Positions 21,350-33,630 are shown, counted from the whole stretch's first letter. The stretch is DNA of 62,950 nucleotides, filler included, from Sphacelaria rigidula (GCA_964200075.2; 8 parts of 8 records of this genome joined end to end with filler, not necessarily neighbours in it); one strand, 5' to 3'. A program made the numbers and translations. Notes: generated by a model from the sequence alone, not told the origin.

Positions 21350-23015
21350 GGATCCTGCCTGGCCGAGGGGTTACGAACTATTCGCTCCAGCACTCCCCAC
21401 CGAAGTATTTGCATTTCCCACGTGCAATGCCCGCCCCGGCACGGACGAATCATAAGAATCCAGAGTCCCCCCACCTGATGACGTAGTGGTAGAAACAGTA
21501 GCGGAGGAATCACCATCCGCCGCCGATTGTTTGCTACCGCGGCCGCCGCGCCCGCGTCCCTGGTTGGCACAGCCCCGTCCACCGTGACGACCGCCCCGAG
21601 ATCCTGACGAATCTCGCGCATTGCCCTGTGCAGCGCCTTGAGCGCGAGGCCTGGGCAGTCCTTGATCATATGTCCGGTGTCGCCGCAGTTGTAACATGCG
21701 CGAGTGGACGACGCTCGCGAAGACGGCTGCTGTTTCTGTTGCTGTTGCTGTTTGCCGCGAGCATTACCTGTACTTGTTGCAGAATCGCGTCGGCTATGTC
21801 CCTCAATGAATTCCCACTGTTCGTCGGCATCAAATACGTATTTTGAACACCACCGTCGGGTTCTTTTTCCAGCCGCCAACATACGTTAGTACACTTCTAA
21901 CATACGCCTTGTATTACGGAGGCGGAATCCCGCCCACCAAAGCTGTGGAAACCGACTCGGCCGGGCCTGGCAACCAACTCCTGTCCTCCGCACGGTACAT
22001 GGCTTGCACCGTCAGGGTTTCTGCGAAAAACGTTTCCATCGATAAGCTGACTATCATCGCACGATCCTTGACAGATTTTCCACCGCTTTCTGGCATAGTA
22101 AGAACTTTGCGTAGATCTGCTGCAGCCTGGGCAGCGTCATGTTTTCCGCTGGTTGTGGTGTACCCGGCATGCTGCTTTACAGCATCTAACAATTCGTCGG
22201 GGGTCACAGCCCGACGGTCCTTGTACATATCTTCGGAGCACCGATGAATGTATGTGGGGATGAGTTATTTTATGCTTACTCTCTCATGCCGCATGAATCC
22301 TGTACTATTGGCTAAAATAGACCTCTCTAGGTAGTCGAGATATGCGGCATGAAACCTTTTTGACGTCTCTTCAGTCCACACTTCGTCATACTTCGGCGTC
22401 TCTAGTGGCTTACCTAACACCAACGGCGCTGCCGCCGCTCGAGCCATATCGACCAGAATTCAACACTTCACTGAGTGACTCTTGCCTGACTTGTGCGTTC
22501 TCCAGCCCACGGAGCGTCCCCCACTGCTGTGCGCTTCAAGTTTGTCTCCTCCTGTCTGCGGACTAAACTAACTCCCAGCTGCAGCCCACTTTCTCCTCAG
22601 CCAAACTCCTCTAACAGAGTGCCGGAAGAATAATATCTAGATATTGTAGACTCTGCCAGACGATCTAGACAAGAGGATTATCAACGAGAGATTCCTCCAG
22701 TCTCACTGGCCTCGTGCTCGACAAGTCTTTTCTTCTCACTTGTCATTATTGCGGAGTGATCCAGAAACAGACCACACCATGGGCCAGACAGCATAGGGCT
22801 ACACAGATAAGGTCCATCAATCCAGGATCTCCTGTCTCCTGCCACTGGTACAATCATGCATGCGATTATACTGACACCTACGGCTTGGTATCATTTGCCT
22901 TCGGTACGTGTGTACACGTGTGTTGTGCGTGACAAGAAAGGAGGGCAGGCGGAGAAAGAGGTGAAGGACACTGTACGACTGATACCTTCACTACCCACTT
23001 GACTGGGTATAACTT

Positions 23016-23185
23016 GCCGCACCCCGGTGGTCTAATGGTACAACTCATACCGTCAGGTTGGTCGGAAAGAGTGCGGGTTTCATTCCCACCGGATTAGTCT
23101 ACTTCGGGGCACATCCACGATTGCCAAGGCTGCGTTGTTGACATTTCCAAGTTCAAAACGCCGGAAAATTCATCCACTCAACATT
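23016..23185 (+). mobile_element. tRNA-derived SINE
   Basis: A-box TGGTCTAATGG at 23028-38, degenerate B-box GGTTTCATTCC at 23076-86; no cloverleaf. 3' end approximate. Confidence 0.6.
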
Positions 23186-23546
23186 TGGTAGACGACGCAT
23201 AATATGATATGAACAACGGTCAACTTGGATCGGGCGGGGGGTGCATGGTGGCGCAGGGGATAAAGAAGCAGCCGCCCGCCGGGGTGGTTACTGCCGTGAT
23301 TTTGAGAGTGATTTCCACCGTTTTGACCTAAAGCGTGAAAATGGCAGTACATGTGGATTATGTGGAGGTTTGTTTTAGATTTTTGAGATTCGGAATAAAA
23401 AACTAGAGGAAAAACATGGTTCATTTCGTGGGGATGTAATGGACATACTCCCCCCCCAAACATGACCACACAGAACAGTGTTTTCCGTGAGATTGAGAGT
23501 AGATGATACGATTGAGAGTGAAGAGCGGTCAATCAGTGAATGAATC

Positions 23547-23646
23547 NNNNNNNNNNNNNNNNNNNNNNNNNNNNNNNNNNNNNNNNNNNNTTAATTAATT
23601 AANNNNNNNNNNNNNNNNNNNNNNNNNNNNNNNNNNNNNNNNNNNN
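23547..23646. other. Artificial contig linker
   Basis: N44-TTAATTAATTAA-N44. Confidence 0.98.
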
Positions 23647-23746
23647 CCCATGCATTATCCATACCAAATTTCAGGATGTAACTCCAAATATTGACCGGCG
23701 CATCCGCCTGCAAATGTCCATACAGCCTCTAGGCTGAACCAGCTCG
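23647..23746 (-). mobile_element. Terminus of a second copy of the CGAGCTG-TIR element, truncated by the contig start
   Basis: Reverse complement of about 29418-29515; ends GGCTGAACCAGCTCG|TA. Confidence 0.8.
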
Positions 23747-23749
23747 TAG

Positions 23750-26700
23750 CATCATGGCACTCTTGGCACATTTTGTCATCTTCTTCACCATTCTCCACAT
23801 CTTCCCTCTGATCCCAGCTTCCCACAACTTTTTCCACAACCCATTTCTCCATACTGTGTCCTAAGCCTTTTGCACGTCGGGAAAAAAACAGTACATTGTC
23901 CGCCCGGTGTCTTTCCTACCCTGAATAATCGGGACGGGGGAGGGGGGGCTCCGTCTCGGAAAATCTTCTCCCGACAGGACCTTGGTAGGATCCCGAAATT
24001 TCTGTTCTCGGACTCCAAAGTTGTATGGCGTGCAGCAGATGTCACCAGCGTGAAGGAATGCAGCCATATTTCGAGAAATTGGTGTAGGTATGAATATTTT
24101 GATTAACCGACTCATCATCCTCAATGAAAAACTTAATCCTCAAGTTTCATGATCGGTTCTTATCGGTCATGCCAAAGATTCGTCGTGATTTGCCAGCTGT
24201 GCAGAACGCTATAGACGCCGCCTCACAACTGGAATCGATGCGCGTGCGGTGGTCGTGTTGCACAGTATTTCAAAAGGCTCGCTGCAAGACCATGGTTTTC
24301 TCCTGACTCGTGTATTATTATTCGTTCTATGAGCACTAGTATTTACAGATACAACCCGCGATTCGAGCGACGGCGTCGGCGGACTACTCGCCGTAGACGT
24401 CTGCACCCAAGGGCGCACCGCACCAAGCGCTGCACAACGTGTCCATCAGCCTGACGCACGGGTTATAACTTCCTTCTGCGAAAGACAATTGCCAGGGTTA
24501 CATATATGCCTCTGCAACTCATCTGCATGATACATGTCTCCAGCTTTCTCTACAGGTTCAATCAAAACGCGAAGTCATCGCCGTGATCTTTGCCAGCTTC
24601 CGATGCCGAATTTTCTCTCTCCGAGTCGCTGCACTCGGAATCTGAATTTTCCGATCCAGATCCCGGCTGACTACTTTGACCCGCCCTCTGGCAACCATGC
24701 ATGCCGCCGCTGCGCCCCTCTCATCCACGCGGCGTATATCAGCAAGACGGTCGACGGCGGCCTTCGAGCCGGACCAACTCTTCGTGGTGCCCAGTTGCAT
24801 GAACATGTACTTGAGCATCTGCGGCTCCGCCTGCACCACCGGTATCGCCTAGTGGGTGGAATTCGAGTATGAGACCACACGAGGGCAGATGATGCGGAAT
24901 ATACACTCCGTCAGGCAGTTGTTTGCCCTCACACCTTCAATCCATGCCCTTTTGCGAAATGGGCACGTCGTCTCGTGGGACCACCGAATATCTCCCGCTG
25001 CGCGCGATCATAAATCTTGTATCTTAAATGAGAGAAACACTCCTGCATCCTCTGAAATGTTTCCACAGACGATTCTTCTCCTACTCGCTTACCCGTGCTT
25101 TTTTCACGATGGGGACTCAGTACCGGATAGGAAAGACACAAACGGCGTCTCTAGGAAATTCGAACCAGCAGCTTTCCAAACTACTTGGCACATGTGTGTT
25201 GTCATCCCATCTATTCTGGACGCCGGTCTACACCTTTCGGTATACATGGGCGAACCAGCCGGGGTCACACAGGAGGAAGGTCAACACAGGAGTTTTTTTT
25301 GTTTCTTTTGTTCTAGTACCCCACCTTCCTTCTGCGGTGCTTGCCTTTATTTTTGTTTATCGTGAGAGAGGTTTAGCAATCCCTTTCTCTCGTCAACCGT
25401 GAAGTCGAATTTTACTTGGCACGAGTAGATTCATTTGGATTACCCCGGCGCGGCGCTCAAGTGCAAAATACCTCGAGTTCATGCGAGGTCAGCTCCAATG
25501 TCAAAATATTCTGGTGCCAGACGCAACGCTGCACCGCATGCACAGGCACGTCATCTTGCCATGTTTCGACGCTAATATTCCGACCAAAGTTTGAAAGAGA
25601 AGCTTCGCAAAGTTCGCGTCTACGTTTAGACAAAGAGTACCCAAAGATTGACAACCCTGTTCACCTGTCTGAGCGCGATCTCCAAGCACGTGTCGATGTG
25701 GCCACCTTCACCTACGACCCTTGGCACCGCGCAACGGAATGCTGCATCGTCGAAGACGGAGCGGTAACGCTCCCATAGCTCGCCGTCCCTCTGCCAGAGG
25801 GGTCCCGTTGTGATATCCACGGCCACCAGCTCACCCTGTAGGTGGTGCACGTGCATGAGCTACAGATGCCCGGGCAGATTTTCAACGGCCACGCAGGTGG
25901 CCGCTATAGTACCCACATGTGCGCCGGCCTCCGGAACACTCGTCGTCGGCCGAAAATCGCAGTTGTCCCAAGGAATTGCAGCAGCCCTCAACACAAAGGC
26001 GATGAGATGTTTGTCCAACCTCTACTTTACGTAGAACTGCTCCGGCTTGTACCGCATCAACTCTGTCTTGCAGAATCCGTGGGCGGCAATGTAGTCGATG
26101 ACAGCCATGGGTGTGCCGTTCATTTTCAACACCTGCGCTTGATCGAAGTCGTGCATTGCTCTAAATCCTCGGTCTGAAATAGTCTTGACGAGGTTTTGCG
26201 CGATAGTGTACAGCCTCCCAGTCTGCCTCTTCCTGTTCCTCATCTTCTTGCGCAGTGCCTTTTCTCGCGGCGTCGATCCATGTGTACTTGCACCGGCGCG
26301 GGACATCGCCGATCCCCGTTGAACTGCGTCTCCGTGCTGCCGTTGTGGCCTACGACCACCAGACCCGTTCGCGGTGCCCACCAAACCCGCCCCGCCATCC
26401 CACGCCACCGACACGGCGACATCATCCGCTGCGGCGGTGCGAGGGGCATGAACAAAATCCCCTCGCCTACCACTCCCTGCGTTCTCTACGACCGGAAAAA
26501 GCACGCCCGGACCATCACTCGACACTTTCAAACGGCACAGACTGCTCAACGATGCCAACAGTGCCGGCGGCGTAGCATCCGTTAGAAATTGATTCATGGG
26601 TTGAATATTCCTCGATATGTCGGCGGCGTATTTCTGGTCCCTATCCCACGATACGTTCCTCACTTCTTGTGCCCTTTCAATGTCCATCCTGACGATAGAC

Positions 26701-27250
26701 CCAACCGCTATGATCACGACCCGTTTCCCCTCCGCCGAACCTGCAGCTGTCAACCGTTGGAGTGCGGGTTCAACAGGCTGACCACTCTCGATCCGGGCGG
26801 TGAGGCGGGAGACAGAACGCTCTAGCTCTCCTACCCTGACACGCATGTTGTGAAGTTCAATGTAGGCCAGCATGCCTACCTTGGACGCCACCACGGAAGG
26901 AACAAGATAGGTGGACTTGCGCCGCCCATCGCATGCAGCCCCCTCGACCCCGCTTATCTTCTCAAGCTTGGCGCCGACTACGCCGTCCGCCGCCACCGCA
27001 TCGAAAATTGCCAGCGCTTGCTCCCTGGTGCGCTGTCTAGAACAGTCCGGGCGTTTGCTGCGGTTCTGGCTTCGGTCAGCCAGGATCGAACATCCTCCAG
27101 CCTCACTACGCGCCCCGCCTCAGCGGCCGCAACTACTTTATGGTGTGCTTCTGCAATCAAGTCCGGCTCGGCAGGGATAGGGAGGGGGAACTTAAACCAA
27201 CAGTCGCGGATGTGCAGCAAACCGAAGGGGGGGACTTCGTCTTCCGTCTA
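23750..27250 (-). pseudogene. Large decayed transposase-like reading frame (possibly Academ/DUF6589-like)
   Basis: One frame runs 26996 to 25626 with two internal stops and carries LKMNGTPMAVIDYIAAHGFC, WDNCDF (25953-25970) and HVGT. Downstream frameshifted IVCG..TFQRM and a terminal CQECH are cut by a MITE. Family assignment is from motif memory only. Confidence 0.4.
25192..25412. mobile_element. Repeat R retroposon insertion with 10-bp TSD
   Basis: Flanked by direct TACTTGGCAC at 25182-25191 and 25413-25422; homologous to 9033-9250. Confidence 0.88.
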
Positions 27251-28000
27251 TCACTCCCAATCCTGTGTCGCTCGAGTAAGCGCAACAAACAATCATTCCG
27301 GTTACATAAGCAATCTGAACTCTGTTGATAGCTTAAAAAGGAAGACTAGTGTTTCAATTTGGAATCAACATCCCTTGCTTATAACATTGTTGTTTATTCT
27401 GGCCGCCGGTTGAACATGTGTTCACGCGGAATGCAACGTCACCGATTCATTGAGGTACGGCGCAGAATATAGCATGATGAGAGCCTCGACAAGTTGAGCT
27501 TCATTTCGATGATGACGAACTTTTGTCCGGTGTATTGCTTTCTTCACGGCTGCTCTGAAAGCTGCTTAGGAACCAACACTCATCGCGCTTTTTCTCACCT
27601 TCTGCTCCTGGTATGTACTTTCATAACACCACTGAAGGCCGTTTTAGTCCTCCACCGCAGGAGTTACTTTATACTAACTAGGAAACCCGCTTCTCTCCGA
27701 TATTTTTCACCAGATGGTTGGCCCTTTTTCTCCTACGCACGCGTACTCAGGGGTGAAATATTGACCTGTCTGTAGTTTTCAACTCCTCCTAACTTGTGGG
27801 CTGGGGTGCGGTAAGACTATCCAATACACCTCCTTCTTTCGCTTGCTGAATGGTAGGGAATAACAAGGTCGTGCATTCGTAGAATGTGTAATTTTTTTTG
27901 TCAGTGCTATTCCGAGTCACGGCGTTTCCAGAGGTCGGCTTGCTTGGTTAATTGCCGTGCCCTTCGCACTATGGTGATGAAAGGTTAGTTGATAAGTGTG

Positions 28001-28190
28001 GTTTCGCTGTCTAATTAGCCATTCTGGTGACATATAATGCACGCTGATGGGACTAATTTCATGTTTCGCTGTTTGACTAGCCATACAGGTGACGTTTAAT
28101 GCACACTGAGGAGTCAAATTTCGCGTTTCGTTGTTTGATCAGCCATGCAGATGACATATAATGCACACTGAGAGGGCTTATTTCACGTTG
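28001..28190. repeat. Degenerate 62-bp tandem repeat x about 3
   Basis: G(G/A)TGAC..(A/T)TAATGCAC.CTGA recurs at 28026, 28088 and 28150. Confidence 0.8.
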
Positions 28191-29355
28191 ACCCGAATAC
28201 ATACCTCTCAACTGGAACAGCTATGCGCATGGCCCATACGTTTCGCCTGGAGTAGCGTTCCTTGGAGGACACTAGTGTTTCCGGTGTCGGGGAGCAGTCG
28301 GTTCTTAATCTAGTTTTTTACTTCTACGGCCTATCTTGCCTGAGTTCTTTTTCTGGTGTCGCCAATGTGAGGATAGCGTATCGCTAGGGTAGACAGACTA
28401 AGGAGGAGGCTGTGTTGGGAGATGTCATCCTGATGCCAAAGGCACTCCAAGGCCGGCGATTGTTTTCTCTTGTATATGTAGGCAAGAAGTTGGGTCAGAC
28501 GAAAACTGGTCGCCAGGGGGCGACCAGCTCCTCGGGGAATGTTGGTCCGTCCAAATGTCAGGCTCTTCCTGCATCACCCCTGTTTAGTATCGTTGGCATA
28601 ACAGGGTCTTCGGTAATCTGGTCCTTTCGGACCGCTGCTACCATATACCTGCTTGCTCTGGTTCTTCATACATGTGTGGCATCAGTCTCTGATATGTCAC
28701 TGCAAAGATGTGTCTTCCACACAGGGGAAGTATTCATCTTGTAGACAGAGTAACCTTTCTGTTGCGAAAGGGTTCATCGAAACCCATCGGTGTCGCAAAA
28801 TTAACGACGTGACTGGAGTTTGAGAAAGTTTAAATTTTACTCCGCACCAGCACATGGGTGCAGAAGGGAGCCCCCTCCCTGCTCCTACAAGCACCCCAGT
28901 ACACTACAAGTCCGTGCAGCACAATACCGTGCATCCTAGTGTAGCACGGAGCTGCACAGCACTAACGGGCACAGCTAATTGTTGCATGTATGGGTGCGGG
29001 AGAAGGCATCCCTCACGCCACAAACACACGGCGCAATTCGTATGACCCGATGGGTTTCACGCCGCACCTCGTATGTTGTAACACTCCTCACCGAGATGGC
29101 AACACGTCGACGCACATGGCAGCTATCGACACAAGTCAAGTGGCTTTGAATAGAATAAACGTGTACCTACCAATCCTCCACTTCCTGGCGGCCAACACTT
29201 TTTTGGTAAAATTAGAAGTAGGGGTGAAGTGAATATCATCTACTGCAGATATTGCCCTGTTTCGACACTCAATTGGAGCCCGCTAGGGCTTGAACGACGG
29301 CTAGTATCTAGTTATACCTGCCTGTAAAGTTTCAGCTTGATGGCGTTCGTCAGTA

Positions 29356-30838
29356 GGACACTTTCTACGATACCCCCCCCAAACCACCCCAAACGTTTCA
29401 CGAAAAAAATGCTTATACGAGCTGGGCCAGCCTAGAGGCTGCATGAAATTTTGCAGGCGGATGCGCCGGGCAATACTTGGAGTTAGACCCTGAAATTTGG
29501 TATGGATAATACGTAGGGCATGAACATAATAAAAAATCAGGAATAAGCACCAGAAGTTTTTTTTCGTGAGTTAAGGGCGTTTTGCTGAAACCTGAAAACT
29601 GATTATTGCCCTTGACTCACGAAAAAAAAAAACTTCTGGTGCTTCTTCCCGATTTTTTATTATGCTCTATGCATTGTCCATACCAAATTTCAGGGTCCAA
29701 CTCTAAATATTGCCCGGCGCATTCGCCTTTCAAGAATCGTATCGGTAGAAATTCGGAACAGTATTTCGCAGGCCACTTACCGGCCCACGTTCGGTTGTTG
29801 TGTATTGAAATTTTGTGTGGGCCCTCGTCAGCGCATAATTAACAAAATTCAGTGGTCCAGATTTTTTTTATTGATTTTTTTTACTGGTTGAGGGCGCTTT
29901 AGTATGATAAAGACTATTTCTTCACGAGAACGCCCTAACCTCTATGAAAAAAAAAAACGAAGGCCCATTTTTTTTATTCATCCGGCACCCTTTTGTGGTC
30001 CTCCATGCTAACTTTTAAATCAAAAGTCTAAAATTTGAGCCAGAACATTGAGATAAGGCCTAACAGCGATGTACATTTCTCCTCAAAACTCCACTAAAAA
30101 CACTAAAAAAACGATAAAAACGAAAAAATGAAAATAGTGAAAAAAAATTAAAAAGGTAACAAGTTGTTTTTATTTTTTTCTATTATGCACTAGCGGTTCA
30201 CCACACGAAATTTTATGGAACAACTCTCAAAAACTGAGACGCGATATCCAGATTTAGGTCATCTAGTGCCTCTGCTAGTAATATACTGATTTTATTATAG
30301 CTTATGTGCGCTATATATCGGGGTAGATAACGAATTAGGTGAAGGTAAGGGTATCTGTCGTCTCCCCTTGCTCCAGAGAATGTCCACACCAAAATTCGTC
30401 GCCATCCGCTGAGTGCATCGATCGGGGATTTCATAGAGATTTTAGTATTGTCGCTATCTCCCTCAGGTATAGGAATGACTAGACATGGAGTTTAATCAAC
30501 GAGACAATATGGACCCAACCTTTTGAGCAAATGGGCACCTTCCCCTTGATTAGACGATTAACACAATATGCCGATCACGGCCCAACTTGTCTGTGTCGAT
30601 GAGATATTGCTTTTTGAGCTTTAATCCGTTTTTCGGCTGGCCCAGCTCGTACAGCGCCTGATGTTTGGGTTCAGACTGCATGACGCGCCTCATATGAGCG
30701 ATATTGACGAGAACAAACCCAAGCGTCGGGATTCCCAGCTGCTCGTTGTGCTTAGTATTTTCCATTTCAAATTACATGAAGATTTTGCCTCCCCAGACCA
30801 GGCACTTTTGGGGGTGGGGGCTATCGGAGAAAGTGTCG
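29356..30838 (+). mobile_element. MITE-A copy split by a nested insertion
   Basis: TA|GGACACTTTCTACGATA ... CTATCGGAGAAAGTGTCG|TA; halves 29356-29417 and 30652-30838 align with 13283-13579. Confidence 0.88.
29418..30649. mobile_element. 1232-bp non-autonomous TA-targeting DNA transposon nested in MITE-A
   Basis: Perfect 15-bp TIRs CGAGCTGGGCCAGCC (29418-32) and GGCTGGCCCAGCTCG (30635-49); TA on both sides; no transposase ORF. Confidence 0.92.
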
Positions 30839-31341
30839 TAGTGGGTAATCTTCTGTCTAAGTTCTGTCGCGTGGAGGACGGGGATGTTGGAAAATAAGGT
30901 TTTTGCTTGTACATACAGTTACACCTTTTTCGAGGGGTATCCATCGCTGGTTTGTGAGCTGTACTGGGTGAGATTGAGCCAGACTGCGATTAGAAGGTAG
31001 ATTCAGGTACGTACTACAGCTGTGTATCGCTTTCGCTGCGGTTTCACCCTCTGTACACTTCTTTGTGGTGAGAAACGTGACACTAACCCCCGGCGTAACA
31101 CTGTACTCGTAAACTACTGTTGGGTGCTAGATGATGGCAAGTATTCCGATTTCGTGTGGAGGGTCCGCGCCTGCTGTACATACAGTAAGGGGCCAAACAG
31201 CATCGCTCTGGCGGAAGGTGGGGACGCGAGGACGATCGAGGTGTGATGATGTATGGACAGGCAGTCCCTCTCGCAAGTTGCAACGGTAACAGTAACGGAA
31301 GCAACGAGTAATTGCAGAATCTGCACGACCGAGGGTAACCG

Positions 31342-31372
<31 letters not shown>

Positions 31373-31427
31373 CCCCCCCCCCTCCCCACGGCGCCCCAGC
31401 CCGGTCGGCCCCGCCCCCCCGCCGCCG

Positions 31428-31527
31428 NNNNNNNNNNNNNNNNNNNNNNNNNNNNNNNNNNNNNNNNNNNNTTAATTAATTAANNNNNNNNNNNNNNNNN
31501 NNNNNNNNNNNNNNNNNNNNNNNNNNN
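31428..31527. other. Artificial contig linker
   Basis: N44-TTAATTAATTAA-N44. Confidence 0.98.
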
Positions 31528-31844
31528 ACGGACGACAGTATTGGCATCTACTGTAGCAGATTCTCTTGCTATCGCAATAGATGCCGTCTTTTGTCCAGGG
31601 TGTGGAATAATTTGACAAAATGTAGGTGCATACAACCCTTTCCCCCCCGTAAGATGGATCCACGGGTGACTGCTGGTACATATGTAGAGGTTATCCGTAT
31701 TTTGGAGTGTCCCTAGGTCATCGGCATATCGAACAGCATACGTTCGGCTTGAACTGGACTGCAGAACGGAGGTCCCAGAATCTTAGGGACTTTATTTGAT
31801 ATATGATGTGGTACGGAGCACGTACGGCGCGTGAAAACACCTGT

Positions 31845-32900
31845 GTCGGGCGTACACGTCGCGACCGCCCATAACAATTGCGTTGCTGATTATCCTCGGC
31901 GCTAACGGCGACGCGTCCTTTCGGTGAAGAGGTATCGCAGTCAGTGCTTTGAGCGAGCGTACCCAACGTTGACGCCGAGATGTCGTGCCGACAACTGATC
32001 AACATCCACCGCGCCAGTACCCTCAACACTGTAGCTGTCACAAGGGTGTGTGGGTTCGCTTCTCACTGAAAAATCCGCCTGAGGAATAGTCGTGAAAATT
32101 ATGATAACATGGTAATGTGAAACACGGCTATTGCTAGCGTGTATGGGCTCTGCAAAAAACGAGTATCCGTGATATGCTCAAGGTAAACCATGGGGGGAAA
32201 CGAGAGTGCATGGGAGGGTTTCCCTCGGTGTCGACTTAAGGACAAGGGGGGAACTTCGCCCAACCCTAGAGGATACCCCGGGCGGAAATACCCCCGCGAG
32301 AAGTACGAAAGTGCTTGATTCAGTTCGACTGCGTTATTTGAGTACATGGGGTAGGCGGATGGGAGACCACTGCAATACTTGCACGAGTATGAACAACAAC
32401 GAACGACAACAGCGGCCGTGTATATATCTCCTCTCGCAAATAATTATCACCAGCTGCACGCTGGTGTCGAGCAGAAGTTCCTTTAGAGCTGTTGGCATGA
32501 TCCCCGGCTTGCACTCCTGAGGCTTCAAGTGGAAGAGAACCATGTAGCCGTCCAATGCCGACAGTTGTAGGGTTGCTACTTGGCGACGAGGACCGGACGG
32601 ATGCAAACTCCACTCAATGCCGAAGCCGAGCACGGCTGGTGTAGATTCATGCGCAAGCGCCAACAACTGAATGCAAGTTCTGGCAGAGTGCTCGCATTTC
32701 TTGCTGGTCACTGTGATGTGAACGACCGGTGGTGAATGCCCGGCGAGGAACTCGAGGATCGGTACGGCGGCCCGGGTTCTTCGTCAAAGCACGTCGACGA
32801 GGCAGCATCTTTGACAGCCACAGAAGCAGGCCCAAGCATTTTTTGGATGGTGCTCCTGTCACCGCAGCATATGTGTCCGAATACCACACCTGCGGAACGC
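31845..32900 (-). pseudogene. WRN/EXD2-type 3'-5' exonuclease remnant (two exons), preceded by transposase-like sequence
   Basis: VLGFGIEW...RQVATLQLSALDGYMVLFHL...PTALKELLLDTSVQL with a GT donor at 32450; acceptor before 32078; frameshifted GAVDVDQLSARHLG..RSLKAL..GGRDVYA (ExoIII-like). The ExoI Asp codon reads GGC. Confidence 0.75.
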
Positions 32901-33399
32901 GGATGCTGATATAATCACATCATGCGTTCATGGCGGTTGAAGGTACATTTCTCCTTCGCGCGGGGGTGCTGGAAGCAACGTAGAAACATAATTGAGAAGG
33001 GTACTGCAAGAGCTGACAACTCATGCCGTCGATCCCTACACGATCACCACACAAAAGGAACAAACCTGGATAGGGAGAAATCCTTGATTGAGTCGGAAAC
33101 CGGTTGGCCAGCGCCTTCAAGTCGGCCCTTGTCTCACCGAGACATGCCACACCGATTTGCCGTTTGGGGCGCTAGGGACAAAAGAAAAAGCAGATACGTC
33201 GCGGCGGGAGGCAGATGCAGGCAGGAGGGCTGGTCAGGGTACGCACATCGTGCGAAAAAGCTCGCGCGTTGTCCAGGATCTAGCAAACTGCTGAAAACAT
33301 CACACTATGTTCATTTATTAATATTGTCGCACATCAAGTGATCCTTGAGGGATCCGGCAGTAGTCACGCGATGAACGTACCCAAATCGCTCGTTGAGGA

Positions 33400-33630
33400 A
33401 AAGAAAAAGGAGAGAACAAGAGGATGGGAAATAAAAACGGAGTGTAGCGGAAATGCAACAAAACAAAATGAAACAAAACAGAAAAAAACAAAAAGTACAT
33501 ATACAAAAACAGAACGAAAACGCCGTGAAGCAAGAACAAAAAACTTGAAGAAAAAAATACGAAAAAAACGAAAACGCAGGAAAAAAACAAGAAGACAAAA
33601 ATAACGGACAAGACCACGAAAAACAAACAT
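33400..33630. repeat. A-rich low-complexity tract
   Basis: Runs of AAAAC/AAAAG; produces spurious K/R-rich and F-rich ORFs. Confidence 0.8.

Larger units (their letters stand above)
19166..22803 (-). mobile_element. Internally deleted Ty3/Gypsy LTR retrotransposon 2
   Basis: Order gag (from 22447; CCHC CYNCGDTGHMIKDC at 21655-21696), protease (VIPDSGSA..LFGM), RT N-terminus (PPARVEPM..WAS..FRLVSDY), integrase (GHRGV..T, WPHMDSHVRECV.RC, PGEVVHFDF..LYVG). Candidate 5' LTR 22645-22803 and LTR remnant 19166-19193; outer boundaries tentative. Confidence 0.88.

Noticed and set aside
23647-29515. Inverted copies at 23647-23746 and 29418-29515 as TIRs of one 5.9-kb element around the transposase-like region
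   Set aside because: The TA-flanked termini face inward, and the 29418 end already pairs perfectly with 30649; these are two separate insertions.
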